Shown in pieces: positions 29,301 to 43,979 of a stretch of 64,000 bases of DNA. Made by a program: the position numbers and the translations under genes. Where the stretch lies: the NCBI GenBank assembly GCA_002245135.1, contig NGBS01000871.1, forward strand, positions 62,001-126,000, written 5' to 3'. This DNA comes from Proteromonas lacertae (lineage: Eukaryota). The first letter of the stretch is position 1. Each line of letters opens with the position of its first letter. A model generated the notes under the pieces. That model did not search any database, was not told where the DNA came from, and was given only the letters and a program-made list of their open reading frames with translations.

Positions 29301-29764
29301 AACTATATTATTATAAATTATATTATATATTTATACTATCCAGGGCTTTGGATTACCAATTTAGTAAACATCTGAAGGAACAAATCTCTATCAAATAGAA
29401 TTGTTGTATCTTTTGACAATTGCTGGATAACGTCCATGTTTCCACTACTCATATACAAATTTTGGAACTTACTCCCTTCAAAATCTGGGCAAAATTGCAA
29501 ACCACTTTCACTAATATTCGCATTTATAAAATCTAAGTCTTCAAACAGTGAAAACACTTTAAGAATATCTTCAATAGTCTTTAATTTGTTAACTTCATCC
29601 AATAATAATTTTTGTGACACTGTACTAACCATATCTGAAGAACATAATTCATCATTTCTATAAACGCATCATTAATATTACATATACATTACTTCAGATG
29701 AATATATTGTGGCTATAGATACCACTAAGCAAAGAATTACTTTTAGACAACACATGTTAGACAT
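26390..29764 (-). CDS. Signal peptide + large ectodomain + multi-TM (7TM-like) region + RGS domain protein
   Basis: N-terminal hydrophobic peptide and a Cys-rich juxtamembrane segment. TM exons at about 27320-28100. RGS motifs QEESIVFWETV, EIYNKFIKDCSECEININ, MFKPAKIEM and NFHNFIKS. Confidence 0.8.
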
Positions 29765-30702
29765 TAAAATAACAAAAAACTCATTGTGTTTCAACAATAT
29801 TTTTCTTCTCAATTTGCGATATTTTATAGCTTTATACTCATAAGCAAGTACATTTCTAACTAGATCGACTGAAATAAAGTCATGCAGTACATCATCAAAA
29901 AAAACAACCCTGTAATCTAAGTCAATTCGTTGAAATAACCACTATTTACAATAGCATTACACGTTTATATACCCATAAACCAATTAGAATGTTATATTAT
30001 AAAGATCTATCAACAACTGATAATTCTGGACATCTAATGGCAAATTAAAGAAATATATCATCTACTGCTAATAGTAGTGTGTGGAACGTCTTACCAATCA
30101 AAAATGAAAATATAGCCGTTGCAAATAGAATGTATTTTTACATAGCTGATATGCTTTCATCAATTTTACCATATGAAACGCAAGTATTTTTATTTAATTA
30201 GTTCATAGATAAAAAAAGAGTAGAAAAGAGAGCTAATAAAGTAGATTTTATTATACAACGCAATAATAATACGAAGATGATGAAAGTGGTGAATGTAGTT
30301 AGAGTTAAAGTAAAAAAAAGTATTTAAATTTCAAAAGATTAACTCACTGTTGTTAAATTGTTGTTCTTCTTATGTCTGCCCATCTAAAACATTTTTGTGG
30401 GATAAAATCAGTGAATATAAAATGATAGATAGAAAATAATACTTAATTAATCTAGAAGAGAAAATTCAAAGTAAATCCTTATCCCTGAGTGATATGAGTG
30501 ATGCCATATGCAATATATGTAATGCACTTATGATATTGATTGAATATAATGTAATAATAAGTTTATATATAGAGTAGTAACATAATATATGAAGAAGATA
30601 AATTGAAATAATGAAAAACAGAAAAATAATTGTTATATTATTATTTTTATTTTTACAACATAAATAACAAACTTAACAATAGAAAAACTAGTTAAATTAT
30701 TA

Positions 30703-33651
30703 TTATTCTTTCTTATTTTCATTCTTTTTATCATCTGAATAAGACATTGGCTTTACACTATCTCTTTTATTTTCATCCAAATCTTCATCAATTTTATCTT
30801 CACCTAATTCAATCATAGTTGCTTGAATAGTATTATTCAAATTATCATTATTAATCATTGTTTCATCCACACTTGATTTCCTTCTACCAATTGTACCAGT
30901 TACAGATGATGTTTTCCTAATATGTTTTGCTGTTAAATTGGTAGTATTACTAAGTTGATAGGATGATTGATAGAGATTTCTATTACTTGAATTGATACTT
31001 CTTATTCCATTTTGAAGTAAATGGACTTCACTATTATTCTCTGTTTTACTCATATTATCACTACTACTCAGTCTGTTTTCATTGAATATTTCAAATAAGA
31101 ATGCAATTTCAAAATTATCAGGATATTTAGAGTTTTTACAAGCTCCATCTATTTCTTCTTTTCTTAATATAACTTGTTTTTCAACGAAACTATTAAATAA
31201 ATAAATAAATAAATATAAATACAATGAATGTAACCAACAATAAAAATATTCATAACCTGATGGTGTTTTTGCAGTAAATCGAAAATCATTCTTTAAAAGT
31301 ATATGAAAATCAATTGTAATTACAGGTTCATGGATCTTTTTAATTAGTTTACTTGCAGTTTCATTTCCCTAATACGTAATAATAACAACAATATATACAT
31401 TTTCATCTTCAATAGTAAACAATAAAGATGTTGAAATTTTAGGAAGCTATAAAAAATAATAAAATAATATAATATACATTATTAATAATTATCTGTTTTG
31501 GAGCAACCATTCTTTTATTCAAATCCAAACTATTAGAACTTGGCATTTGTCTATATAACAACGCTTGTTCATAATAATGAACATATCTGATCTGACTTGG
31601 ACCAGTAACACCTTGATCTTTGCCAGCACTTCCAGTTCTTTTATCTCTAAATAATCTCAAAGCTTCATCTGCATTACAACAAGTACCACTTCTTATCAAA
31701 TAAGCACAAATCATACAACCAGTTCTACCTTTTCCACCTTTACAATGAACTGCAATTACATTCTGAGGTAATTGATTTAAGTAGTTTTCAGCATCTACTG
31801 CAAATTGGTGCATTCTTTCAAGTGTTGGAACATTATGATCTTTGATTGGAAATGATGTATTTACTTTTTTATGGAAATATTCTTCATCATATTTCTTCTC
31901 AGCACAGAGATTATAGACTATGTAATTGCCATTATGATGTTCGTCTAGATATTTAGCTACATCTTTAATATTGTTTCTATATATTGATTCTAAGTTTTCT
32001 GAAGGTAATGACATTGCTATACATCTTGTAGTGATATAGGTTAAGTCTAAATCAAATTCACCTGTTACCATTCTTCGCTTGTTTTGACTAACTAATTTTT
32101 TACTATATTTTACCATCTTTTTAACTGAATAGCAAGCTCTAATTATTCCTCTTATAAATCGAAATATTAAACCAATTTGATAGATTGTTCCAAAAGTTGG
32201 ATCATCAGGAAAGGCGACAGTTAATAATATAGCCAGTGTTGCAGTATATAATAACAATATAACATCAACAATATTCCATGTAAGTTTAAAAAATTTCTTC
32301 TTTTGAACTTTCATTCTTAACACTAATTCTAATATATATATTACGGCAATTACTAAACCAATAATTGGAGGAACACTATCAATAAACACCAAAGTAAAAT
32401 CTGCAATACATAACATACAAATAAATAAATGAACATCTAATGTATATATATATATTAATAATTATATATATATACAAATTGAACTAGAAATTGCTTGTAG
32501 TTTCTGATCTAATTTTGATATTACTCTTCCATCAGCTTTTTTTCTCTATATATATATATATAATATGAATAACAACTAATATATAAATATACGTTTAAGT
32601 AGTTAGAAACATAATGAAATATATTATCTAAAGTGATAAAACCACATATTCCACACTCATCAACTAATACAAACTGATGATCTTCTTCATACGCTTCAAT
32701 TACGTGTAAACACTCTAATAATGGCGTACTGGACAATACAATAAAATGAGCATTAGCACAATCAGCTATATCACCAATCTAATTAACATATATATATATA
32801 TATAATGTAATATAAATATACTGTTTTTTGATTCCATAATTCTCCTTTTGTAATGATTTGATTGGTTATATCATTTGCACATATTGGTTTTGGTTCACTA
32901 AATGCATCTCTTTCATCATTCAAATGAGTGGATGATGATATTGTGATGTTTACTGGTCTACTAGAAGGAGTAGAAGGTGATTGAATTGCAGAAGAACTTT
33001 GAGATGATGGTGGAGATGATTCTGAATTTGGTAATACAAATAACATATCACAACTATATATATATAAATGAGTTGAATTTAAAAATTTATACGTTTCAAA
33101 ATGTTTAATTGCTTCTGTTATTGATAAATCTCTGTCTACAACATGAAAATTTTGTGAAAATGCATTTCTAACTGGATGAAGTAATACATCATCATTCCCA
33201 TATTGTTTTATATATTATATTCAGTTAAAGAAATATTCACATAATGATTTATTGATCAAAAAGATATATTGTCCAAGAATTTTTGAAAATTTTCATCTCT
33301 TTCATATTCTATAACATCATCTCCTTCAATTGTATGTGCTTGTTTGTTTGAAACAGATCCTATTGTTTAAATTAATTTATATAGATTAGATACTTCTTTT
33401 TGTCCTAGTAGTTCTTATAGAGCTATAAAGTATAACAAAATGTGACATACCCTCTTTTACTGGAATTACAAGAATTACTAATATCTGCAATTCGTCTCAG
33501 TTGTGTGTTTGAAGGAGGTCTAATGACTAAAATTATAGGATATACATATTTGAATCAGAATGTGCAAATTTCTCCGCTCCTTTATTTGTATCAGGTAATT
33601 CTATTATAATTTGATCAGCTAGTAGTATAAAAACAATTATATACTTGACAT
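30703..33651 (-). CDS. CBS-VSD-PTEN-C2 protein (VSP/TPTE-like copy 2; best-preserved voltage sensor)
   Basis: S2 YILELVLR, S3 WNIVD, S4 LIFRFIRGIIR, LVSQNKRR and HCKGGKGR. CBS exons at about 32570-33190. Start approximate. Confidence 0.88.
33215..33267 (-). other. U12-type AT-AA intron (53 nt) in VSP copy 2
   Basis: 5' ATATCTTTT, branch TTTCTTTAAC. Removal gives KFLDN|YIKQYGNDDVL. Confidence 0.68.
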
Positions 33652-33821
33652 TTATAAATCCTTGAAAAAATTATTACGAAAAAATTACCCACAATTTTGT
33701 TATAACCACATTATATGCTTGACAAACATTGATTTCATTTCATTTTTTGATGTATGCATTCATTTAAATTACAAACAAATACTAATAAAAGTGTATATTC
33801 TTAATAAAGACATAGTATTTC

Positions 33822-36800
33822 CTACTTTTTATCTTTTATACAATTAATTCCATTCACAATCTCCTTAGAATTAACAAATACTCTCCTCTTGTTATTACAA
33901 TCCAATAAATTGATAAAATTGCTGAATACTTTTCCATGTTGGTTTCTAATAAGCATTTGATACAAAACATCTTCATATCCTGTCAAACCTCTATAATCTT
34001 CAACATTATAACCATTATCATCGATTTTCAATAACTCTTTTATGATTGAATCCAAAAGTTTAACTGATATGTAGTTGAAATCAAGTTCATGATAGACAGA
34101 GCTACTTCTTTCAATGTAATACTTTGTAACTATTATTAAAAATAATATAAAATTAAGATATATATATATATATATATACTTTTATCCCACTTATAATAAA
34201 GTAATACTTTTTCTACAACTTTATCTGGTAAATTCAGAATCATGATCAATGAAGGAATTGTCAATTCATCATATTTATCTTTGAAATTGTTAATAAAATA
34301 ATTTGTTATTATTTCATTTCGTTTTCTTATTTCATTATCTTTATCCTTATCTTCATCTTCGTAATCTTTTATATAACCTAAGTAACATCTATAATCATCA
34401 AATGAATTCATAAACAGAGATATTGTTATATTTAAATCATTTTCTTCTTTTATATAACATCCTCCACTATTAAATAAACTTAATTTTTCTTCATCTTTTA
34501 ATTCAATTCCATATTTTTGTTTGAATATATCAATAACAGATGTTAGAGTGGAGTAATTACCTTCTTTCATTTTATTCAATAAATATTTTTGTAAATATTC
34601 TGATGAAATTGACATATTTTTTTTCACCTCTTCTTCTTCTTTTAGAGTAATATACTTTCTAGATTTCAATGCTTTTAATATTTTTTCTAATATCTTATTC
34701 TCTGGATTGAAAAACCAATCAATTAGTTTCACATCCTTTGGAATATTATTTTTTATAACATAAACATCATCTACTTCTTTTATGGAATATTCACAAAAAT
34801 CATCAAAATGTGAGATAAATTCAGTATAATACCCATTATTACATAATTCATCACAATATAAACTCATAAACTCCATTTCCATCAATTTATTCTCTTTAAT
34901 AATATTATAAATCTTTTCAGATATATCAATTCTTTTGTTTTTCAACAAAAGTGTAAATAAAGACATTCTATTATCATTATTACTATAATGACAATGTTCA
35001 ATCAAATATTTAGTTATTAAACTATAATCATTTAACAGATTTATTGGATTTGCTTCAGTCACAACATCAATCATTATCGTAGATAAATCTTCATTATCAT
35101 CATCTTCTTCCATACTATTATCTTCATCACTATAATATGAATCATTATCTTCAGGAGTATAATCACCATTGATTGATGAATTCTTAACAGCTAATGGAGT
35201 TTTACTCTCCAATTTGATTGGTCGATATTGTTTTAAGGCTATTTCTAACAATGGTATAATTAAATCATATTTCTGAAGTATAACAGCATACTGAATTGGA
35301 TTAAGAATGTATTTTATTCTGGTCATAATTAATACATATTTTGGATCATTTATATCTGCTGTTATTCTCTTTATTGTCTCTAAATCATTGTTTTCCACTG
35401 CTTTGAACAACTCCCAAACATTATAATTATGTTTTTCATAATTAATGTCCTTTGATATACCTATTGTTATTGGCATTGCTCTTGGTTCATCACTCTTCAT
35501 TGTAAATCCATTACAAACGAAATATTCAACTATCTATAAAATAATAAATATAAATAAAACAACATACTTTATTTCTTTTTTCATAATAATCACCATCATT
35601 TTTATATGTCAAATTATCTCTCAATAATTCAGATACTCCATCAGGGAACTTTACATTATTATCATAATTAACATCGTTACTAAATTCACATTTATCTTTA
35701 TATTTGGAAATCTCTTCAGAATATTCTTTAAAGAACAATTCAACAGTTTCTACATCATTTATATTAAATATATTCTCTACAATATTCAAGTCATTATTAT
35801 GATAATATGTATTTTTATCCTTTTCATAAATATACTGTGGAATTTCTTCTTTTGTATAATATATTTTTGGATGGTATTTTAATAACAATTTGATCTTTTT
35901 AATATCACCACTACAACAAGCATTTGATAATAAAGTACTATAAAAATATAATATATATATATATATATATATAATATTATATACTTATAACCTTTTTCAA
36001 TTTCATTAATTGCATTCCTTGCTTCTTCATATTCACTTAAAACATACTCTAAATACTCAGTTGAAAATAAAAACAATGAACAACTAGTTTTAAAATGAAC
36101 TAATGGGATTTTAACATCATCATGTAAGTATTTAGTCATTATCTTATATCTATCACTATTCTCTTCATTCAATAATAATAAATCATCACATAATAAATAT
36201 GGACTTTTTCTACAGAAATTAAATCCAACAAAGACATTACATTTATATTTTCTCAATATTTCACATATCTCTTTATTTCCTAGTTTTATAGCATAATGAA
36301 ATGCTGTATTTCCATTCTGTGGATCCATCTTGTTTATTGAAATAATATCTGGTCTTTCTATATCATCAAACATCCATTTATCTTTATTTATTAATTTGTC
36401 AAGATTCTTTACAATTGCTTGATATTTTGGATCTTTTATAATATTATCAGTTCTTCTTTTGTTAATATTTAAGATATGTTCTAACATTTGTTTATTTTGA
36501 TGTATAACACAATAATGAATCAAAGTAAATCCTTCCTCATTCACTACATCCAATCTCATTCCATTACTTAATAAATAATCAACCATTCCAATATCATTTG
36601 TCAAAACAGCATCAAATAGTAAGTTTCTATTGACTTGATTGGTTGTATAAGGTAATAATAATTTTTCATTTTCTTTCTTCAATTTGGCTATAATCTCTTT
36701 ACATTTTTCAATATTTCTATTATGCACATTCTCAATAAACTCTATTCTATTCTCATCAATATATAAATTCTTCCACAAATCTTCATCACTACATTGATGA

Positions 36801-38173
36801 AATGAGTTAGTCATATTGTTACTATCACTTAATACCCATTTAAACTCACCTCTTACCATATATTCTAACTCTTTATCAACAACATCTTTAGGAATCTCTG
36901 GGCATTTTGGACAATGATTTGGTAATAAATCTTCAATTGTATCACTCATAAAACATGGATGATAATGATAACCTCTACTTTTTACATCTTCTTCAGAATT
37001 CAAGATTTTATCTTTTCTTGTCATTGTTTTCACTATTTCATCAACTGATACTTTTATATCCCAAGGTAAATACATTGCTGCATAATCTGAAGCCTTTATT
37101 CCTAAGGTTTCACGGATTTGACGACGTTTTCTACCTCTTTGTTGTTTCTTTTTATCATTAGCTTTGTAAGGATGGTAAGTATTAACAAAATCATCTTTTA
37201 CATCATCTCCACCTATCTTATCATAATTCAATAACTTTGCAATTTCACCAACTTCATTACTTGGAAGTGTATATATCTCAGGATTGATTTTAGACTTGTC
37301 AATATCAGGAACATATACAGAAAACCCCCTTTGACTGTATTTTATATATCTTCCTCTAATACTTGCACTAGGATTGTTGAAATTAAACACATTGCATCTA
37401 CTAATCAACGAATTAAAACCTTTACAGGATGTATAAACATCTTTACCATCATATCCAACACAACTACAATCTACATCAACTCCTAATAATATTTCATTTA
37501 TATTTTTGTAGAGTTTATTCACAATTTGGATATGTCTGTATGGATATCTTGTTACTATCGTTACAGTGTAACAGGTTCTTATGTATTTGATTTCACACAT
37601 TGGGATCTTGTCTTCGAAGTAGTGACATATTGATATTAACTTCTTGGTTGCTTCTTCTTCATTTAATCCATAAATGTAAAGATCTAAATCACTTCCCTTG
37701 AATTTTGTATTGTGAAGGTAATTTCTTCTCTTTAAAACAGTTTCTTTGCTTTCTTCTGGGATTGGCAGTAAACAAGCATTAATTGCACCACCTAAAATAA
37801 ACAGATTATTCATGTCTAAATCTTTGAATAAATCGTTAGTAAATAAATCAAAATTTAATTTAAATTCATCTTTATCTACAAATAATGGTGTTTTAGGAAT
37901 CTTTGGAAAGCTATTATCGAATAAAAGCACTTCTTGCTTGTTCTGCTCAATCATATCAGAATAATCAACAATATCATTCACATGATCATACAGCTTCATT
38001 GTAAGTAAATCTTCTGAAATGTTTACAGCATTATCTGCAAAACATTCTTTATTTGCCTTTATTTCACTGCATCTACTCCTTAATGCTTGTGATATTTCCA
38101 CAAATCCATTGAATGATAGATTCTTATGAATCTCTTTAAAGTAGTCTTTAGTTGACTTTATTGTTATAGCCAT
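33822..38173 (-). CDS. Pol-beta-type nucleotidyltransferase-like domain fused to ankyrin repeats
   Basis: ILGGAINACL...SDLDLYIYG...HIQIV...GVDVDCSCVGYDG...YIKYSQRGF, followed by ankyrin motifs (GFTLIHYCV, GNTAFHYAIKLG, NPIQYAVIL). Four ORFs are linked by short introns; the 3' end is approximate. Confidence 0.75.
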
Positions 38174-38564
38174 ACTTCTATAATATTGTATATGGACAAT
38201 GTATATAATAACAAGTAATTAATACTGAAAGGATTTATGAGAATGTGCAAATGTGAAAAACAAGATTTCAAGCCTTTTAAAAAAGCTTGATTTTTCTGTT
38301 ATACAAATGTAAAGTCAAATTAACATACGTTAAAATACAATAATCATTTTCTACCTATCATTATGACAGTCTGAATTGATTTAATGAATAATATTAATAT
38401 AATACTCTATTGGTTTAAATAATAGTATAATATATTTACCTTTCACATTCAATTTCATCATACAATCTAAAATACAACCATAATATATGCTTTTCTATTA
38501 ATTTTCATGAGTTAACTATTTTAAAAATATATTCGTTTTGTGTTTTTGTTGAAATATCATTAGA

Positions 38565-40948
38565 ATGAATGAACCAACAGACATAAAAAACATCACAATT
38601 GAGATTGAGGACGATTCTAATGCTGGTACTAATATAAATGTAATTGATAATCAAGCAGTAAGAACATTTTGTAATTATAAAATCTTTAGGCAAAAAGTAC
38701 AACTGATTTAACGTCTAAATCAGACAATAAGTATATTCATTTTTCATTTTCACTTATATAGATTTAGTGACAGTATAATACTTATAAAAGATATTTTTGC
38801 TATAAAAATAGATTGCACTACAAGCTTAGCATCACCTAGTGTATTATATTATATTTTATCGTTTAGGGTGCTAGTTATTCATATTCTTGTTATGAAACTT
38901 CCAGTATAGCGACAATATCCTCATAATATATTTTTTTGTTATGTTATTTTTAATTCATATTATTCTTAAACACCATCGATTTCTTTAAGTGATCCATTGA
39001 ATATTCCAGTAATTGATATTTGCAGTAGTCACATATTGCAGTTTTCAAATAAAACTAAAGTGGAAGATGTGCTTATAAAACTACGCAAATCGCAGTATTG
39101 TTTATTGTATTACATATATAGTTGTAATTCATTTATTGTAACAAATGAATATAATGAATTTATAAAGTTTTATACTCAAAAAGATATTTATTTTAAAGTT
39201 ATATATTATGGGAAAATGAATGAATCATTTACTGTATATTATACAATTGATAATATTTATATTAGTTGAAAGATCTAATAGAAATGGATGAAAAAAGTAG
39301 AATTGAAACTCAATGTGTGTCTTATTCAAATTCATTAATTGATTGTTTGAAAATTATGAAAGAAAATGTATATACTACTCATATGTTCAATTATATAGAA
39401 TGTTGAATCAATAGCTGTATCTGATGATCAGAAAAGCATATCAGGAATAATATCTCTGGATGATATTTCAGATCTGTTGATTCAACAAATAAAAATGAGA
39501 AGAAATCCACCCAGAAAATTATCACCTGTTGAACAGAAAATATCTAATCTATTTGATTCAATATGTATATACATTCTATGTGTATAATAATTATCTTTAG
39601 TTTTTCAAATTTTTTATATATTCATAATGATAATTAGTATTCTTTTCAGTATTTTTAGTGCAACTTTACATTTATTGGTATTTCAAGTATTAAGTCCGAT
39701 GCTGATATTTATACTGCTTTTTGTTGCTAGTTTAAGAGATAAATTGAAAGGAATGAAGCATATACTAAAAATAGATATACTTGAAACAGTTTGTTTGTCA
39801 TTTGCATTTATATTTGGATTGTTATATGTAATTGTTTATGTTATTGAAGGTAATAGTGAATACTTATATTTTTTTACTGCTGGGTTTTTAGCCATTCATG
39901 TGTTTTTGATTTTTCCATTTAGATTTAATGAAACAAGAAAGAAAATGAAACATTCATCAAAGAAAGCTGTATCAAGAAATAAAACAAGATATCAACAAGA
40001 TGGATTTGACTTAGACTTGACATATATCACAAATAAATGTATAGCAATGTCATTACCTGCTGAGAAGATTGAAAGTCTGTATAGAAATCCAATAGGTGAA
40101 GTTGTAAGATTCTTTGATACAAAACATCCTGGTTGTTATAGAATCTATAACTTATGTAAAGAAAGGGATTATAATATTGATTATTTTCATGGAAATGTAG
40201 TTAGATTCCCAATTCCAGATCATAATGTTCCAACTTTGAGAATAATGTATGAATTCTCAAAAGATGCAAAATCATTTCTTTCATCAAATCCACAGAATGT
40301 AATAGCAGTTCATTGTAAAGGTGGTAAAGGCAGAACTGGCTGTATGATTTGTGCTTATTTAGTTAACAGTGGTGTATGTAATAATACAGATGAAGCTTTA
40401 GATCGATTTGCCTCAAAAAGAACATATGGTGAAACAAAGAATCAAGGAGTTACATGTCCAAGTCAAAAGAGATTTGTTCATTATTTTGAACAATTTTTAG
40501 AAGATTTATTTATATATTACAATAATCCAATTGATATAGTTACTATAAAAGATGAAGAAATGGATGAATTATTTAATAAAAGATATAACAAAGAAATAAC
40601 AATAGAAAGAATAACAATTAATAATGTATAATATAATCTATTTTATATATTGATTAGCTGCCTAAAATGAAAGATATAAGATTTAGAATCGTAGATTATA
40701 ATGGTAAACAATTGTATATAAGTAGTATAATGAATATTAAAGCATTAAATAAAAGCCAAATTACAATAGAACCAAATTTGAAAGTAAGAAATGAGTTTCG
40801 ATTTGAATGTAAAGGTAAATTCTATATGTGGCAACATAGTTACTTTGTATGTGAAAGGAAAATATATAACAAACAAGAAATTGATGGGATTTGTAATAAT
40901 ATAAACTATCCAGACAATACTTGCATAGAATTTATATTTAAAACATAA
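38565..40948 (+). CDS. CBS-VSD-PTEN-C2 protein (copy 3)
   Basis: CBS exons at about 38990-39480, four TM segments, VSRNKTRYQQDGFDLDLTY, HCKGGKGR, and the C2 exon 40658-40948. Confidence 0.87.
38915..38969 (+). other. U12-type AT-AA intron (55 nt) in VSP copy 3
   Basis: 5' ATATCCTC, branch-like TTTTTAAT. Removal gives SIAT|TPSISLSDPL. Confidence 0.62.
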
Positions 40949-41481
40949 ATAAACGAATAAAAAGGTAATATAGTCAATCTAATAGTATATTCTATCCATA
41001 TATTTTATTTGTTTCATACAATATAAATAATACAAGAAATATTCCTATGCGTAATATATCAAAAGATGGGATTTGATAAAAGCCTTTAACTTTTCTCTCT
41101 TATTTTGACAACTTAATAAATTAACAATTTTCAAAAGCAAGAGAATATCTAAAGAACATGTAATATGTGATTTTTGCTAGTGTAAATGCTATTGTGAATG
41201 ATACTGTTTGCTATATGTTGATGATATATGTTCATTATAAGAATATATGTCTTAAATGTTCTTTAAAAGTGCAAGATTGGCGAATTACTGACAGATTAGG
41301 TATGTAAAGAACATCCTTCCCATTATGCTTGCTATAAAAAATAAAAATCTATCTGTCGTTTCAGTGAAGGAAAGAAGAATTGTCAATATTGTATTTTAAA
41401 ACGAAAAAGATTATATGTACTACAAAAACAAACAAATACACCTAAAATAAACTGAAATTTAACCAGTTTTTTATATATTTG

Positions 41482-43826
41482 TTAAATAGGGTCAATAACC
41501 TCATATTTAGTGAATTTCAATTCTATATTAAAATAATTTGAGTATTTATCGTTTCTATGAGCTAAATCAATTTGAGATTTGAAATAAATCTCTTTTTCAT
41601 TCACAAAATAGCTATGTTGCCATATGAAAAACTCTTTATTCACATATATCTTAAACTCATTCTATAATAATTATAATATAAAAAGAGAACAAAAATACTT
41701 GTAAAGGTAAATCCAAGTTAATTTTTATTGCAACTCCTTTCTCTGGCAAAATAGGTTGGGAATGGTACAAATTAATTCCATCATATGAATCAATATTGAC
41801 TATTATTGGATAATAATTTTTAAACTATAAATGAATATTTACATTTACTATATATATTAATACATTTCTTATTGTTATTGATGATAATATCACTGATAGA
41901 TTATATCTTTGATGAAATACTGATTCTATTTCTTCATTTGATAATGTACAAAAATTTTGATTATCAAAATATATAGATGATAAATCGTTTAATAATCTTT
42001 CATAGTAATGAACAAACCGAATTTGACTTGGACCACTTACTCCTTGATCTTTGATTTCACCATATGTTCTTTTATCAGCAAATAAATTAAGAGCTTCTTC
42101 AGCTGTTTCACATACTCCACTTAATAACAAATAAGCACAAATCATACAACCAGTTCTACCTTTTCCTCCTTTACAATGTACTGCTATTACATTTTGTGGA
42201 TTGGAAGAGAGAAATAACCTTGCATCTGTTGCAAATTTGTGCATTTCTTCAATTGTTGGTACATTATGATCAGGAATTGGATATTTTACTACATTTCCAT
42301 GAAAGTAATTTACATTATAATCCCTTTCATTACATAAGTTATATATTCTATAACGATTGGGATGTTTTGTATCAAAAAATCTAGCTACTTCTTTAATTGG
42401 ATTTCTATATATCTTTTCAATTCCTGTAGCTGGTAATGACATTGCTATACAGCTATTTGTGATATAAGTCAAGTCTAAATCAAATCCATCCTGTTTAAAT
42501 CTTTTTTTATTTCTTGATACTGTTAATTTAGATATTGCAGAAAACTGCTTAATGGCATTTCTAGTTCTGTACAAACCTACACAACATCCTTCAATTGGGA
42601 ATGTTACACTTGCTATTATAGCACACATACCAAGAATAAAATTCCAAGTCTTATTATCATGGCTAATTGGTAAACAAAATGCAAAACAACTAGGAATTAG
42701 AAAACATAGCAAACAAATTTCACAACAATCACATCTCTGTATATTTTGATATCCTATTACTCTTATTCTTAAGAATGTAATAATTGCCAGAATAATTGAG
42801 AATATTAAAGTGATAAACCATTTCGATATGAATTTATAAAAATAATATGTCAAGATAATTGTAGCTGCTATAAATATTATATAGAATATTTGATAATCTA
42901 TTTCATTAAATAATATAATATAATATTATTTATATACAAATGTTATGAACTATTCTTGAAGCATAATAATCACATTTTGAAATAACCATTGGTGGTCTAT
43001 CCTTTTCTTCAATACGAACAGATATATAACGAAATATATCATCTAATGAAACAACTCCAGTTATACCAGTTCTACCTTCAGCAACTAATAAACAATCACA
43101 ATTCTATATATACTTATATTATTTATATTTATATACATTTTCATTCATTATTCTGATACATTCTCTTAATGTTGTTGTTGATAGTATTGCTACTAATGGA
43201 GGAGTATTCTCTGGATCTATTAAATCAGACAATAACTTATTCTGAGACATTATATCGTATGTCAAAAATGATGAAGCAATGTCTTTTCTATTTAAAAACT
43301 TCAAATAAGTTTCATTGTGTTTCAAAATAAGAGAATAATAGCTATAAATATTACATTTAAAGATGATAATACTTATAATGTTCCAATCTCAATATTGCTT
43401 CTTTCACTGATGTTGTATCTTCCATTATTAAAAAATATTTATTGCATAGCTCGCCTACTGGAATTCTTCTAAAACAAAATAAGAAGATTCTGTTGGATAC
43501 AAAAAATCATCTTCTGACAAAGGGAAAATGTAGAACTAAATTAAGTATATTACATTTAATTTCATAAAAAGATATAAATTGACCTGTTTCTAGATCATCT
43601 ACTGGCGTTGGAACAGATGTTGCCTAATATTATGTTAAATGCTAAAATATACTGATGAAATAGTTACAACAGAAGATCTACAACGTTCTATTTATTTGGA
43701 TCCTATAGTCATACCAAAGTTTGAATCTGTCTGAATTAAAACATTTTGTAGAGGTATGTCTGCTCCTACAGGGCTATTTGGTACTGATGTATCTTTTGAA
43801 TGTATATATTTAGTTATAAAAGACAT
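41482..43826 (-). CDS. CBS-VSD-PTEN-C2 protein (copy 4)
   Basis: CBS exons at about 43020-43470, TM region, VSRNKKRFKQDGFDLDLTY, HCKGGKGR and C2 tail SQIDLAHRNDKY. Confidence 0.87.
43530..43575 (-). other. U12-type AT-AC intron (46 nt) in VSP copy 4
   Basis: 5' ATATCTTTT, branch TACTTAAT, 3' AC. Removal gives ETGQF|IFPLSEDDF. Confidence 0.72.
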
Positions 43827-43979
43827 CTATTCAGTCTTTTTTCAAAATGTGTCTTTATTCCAACATATATTTATTTTATGCAATGAAACATATACAATAT
43901 TATATCAAAATACGATGATTTATTAAAGTGGTAGAATTAAATACATATAAACTAGATTAAATTTATATCACGTGCAACT

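Noticed and set aside
38268..38290. Short hairpin TCAAGC...GCTTGA in a divergent promoter
   Set aside because: The stem is too short to be significant in such AT-rich DNA.
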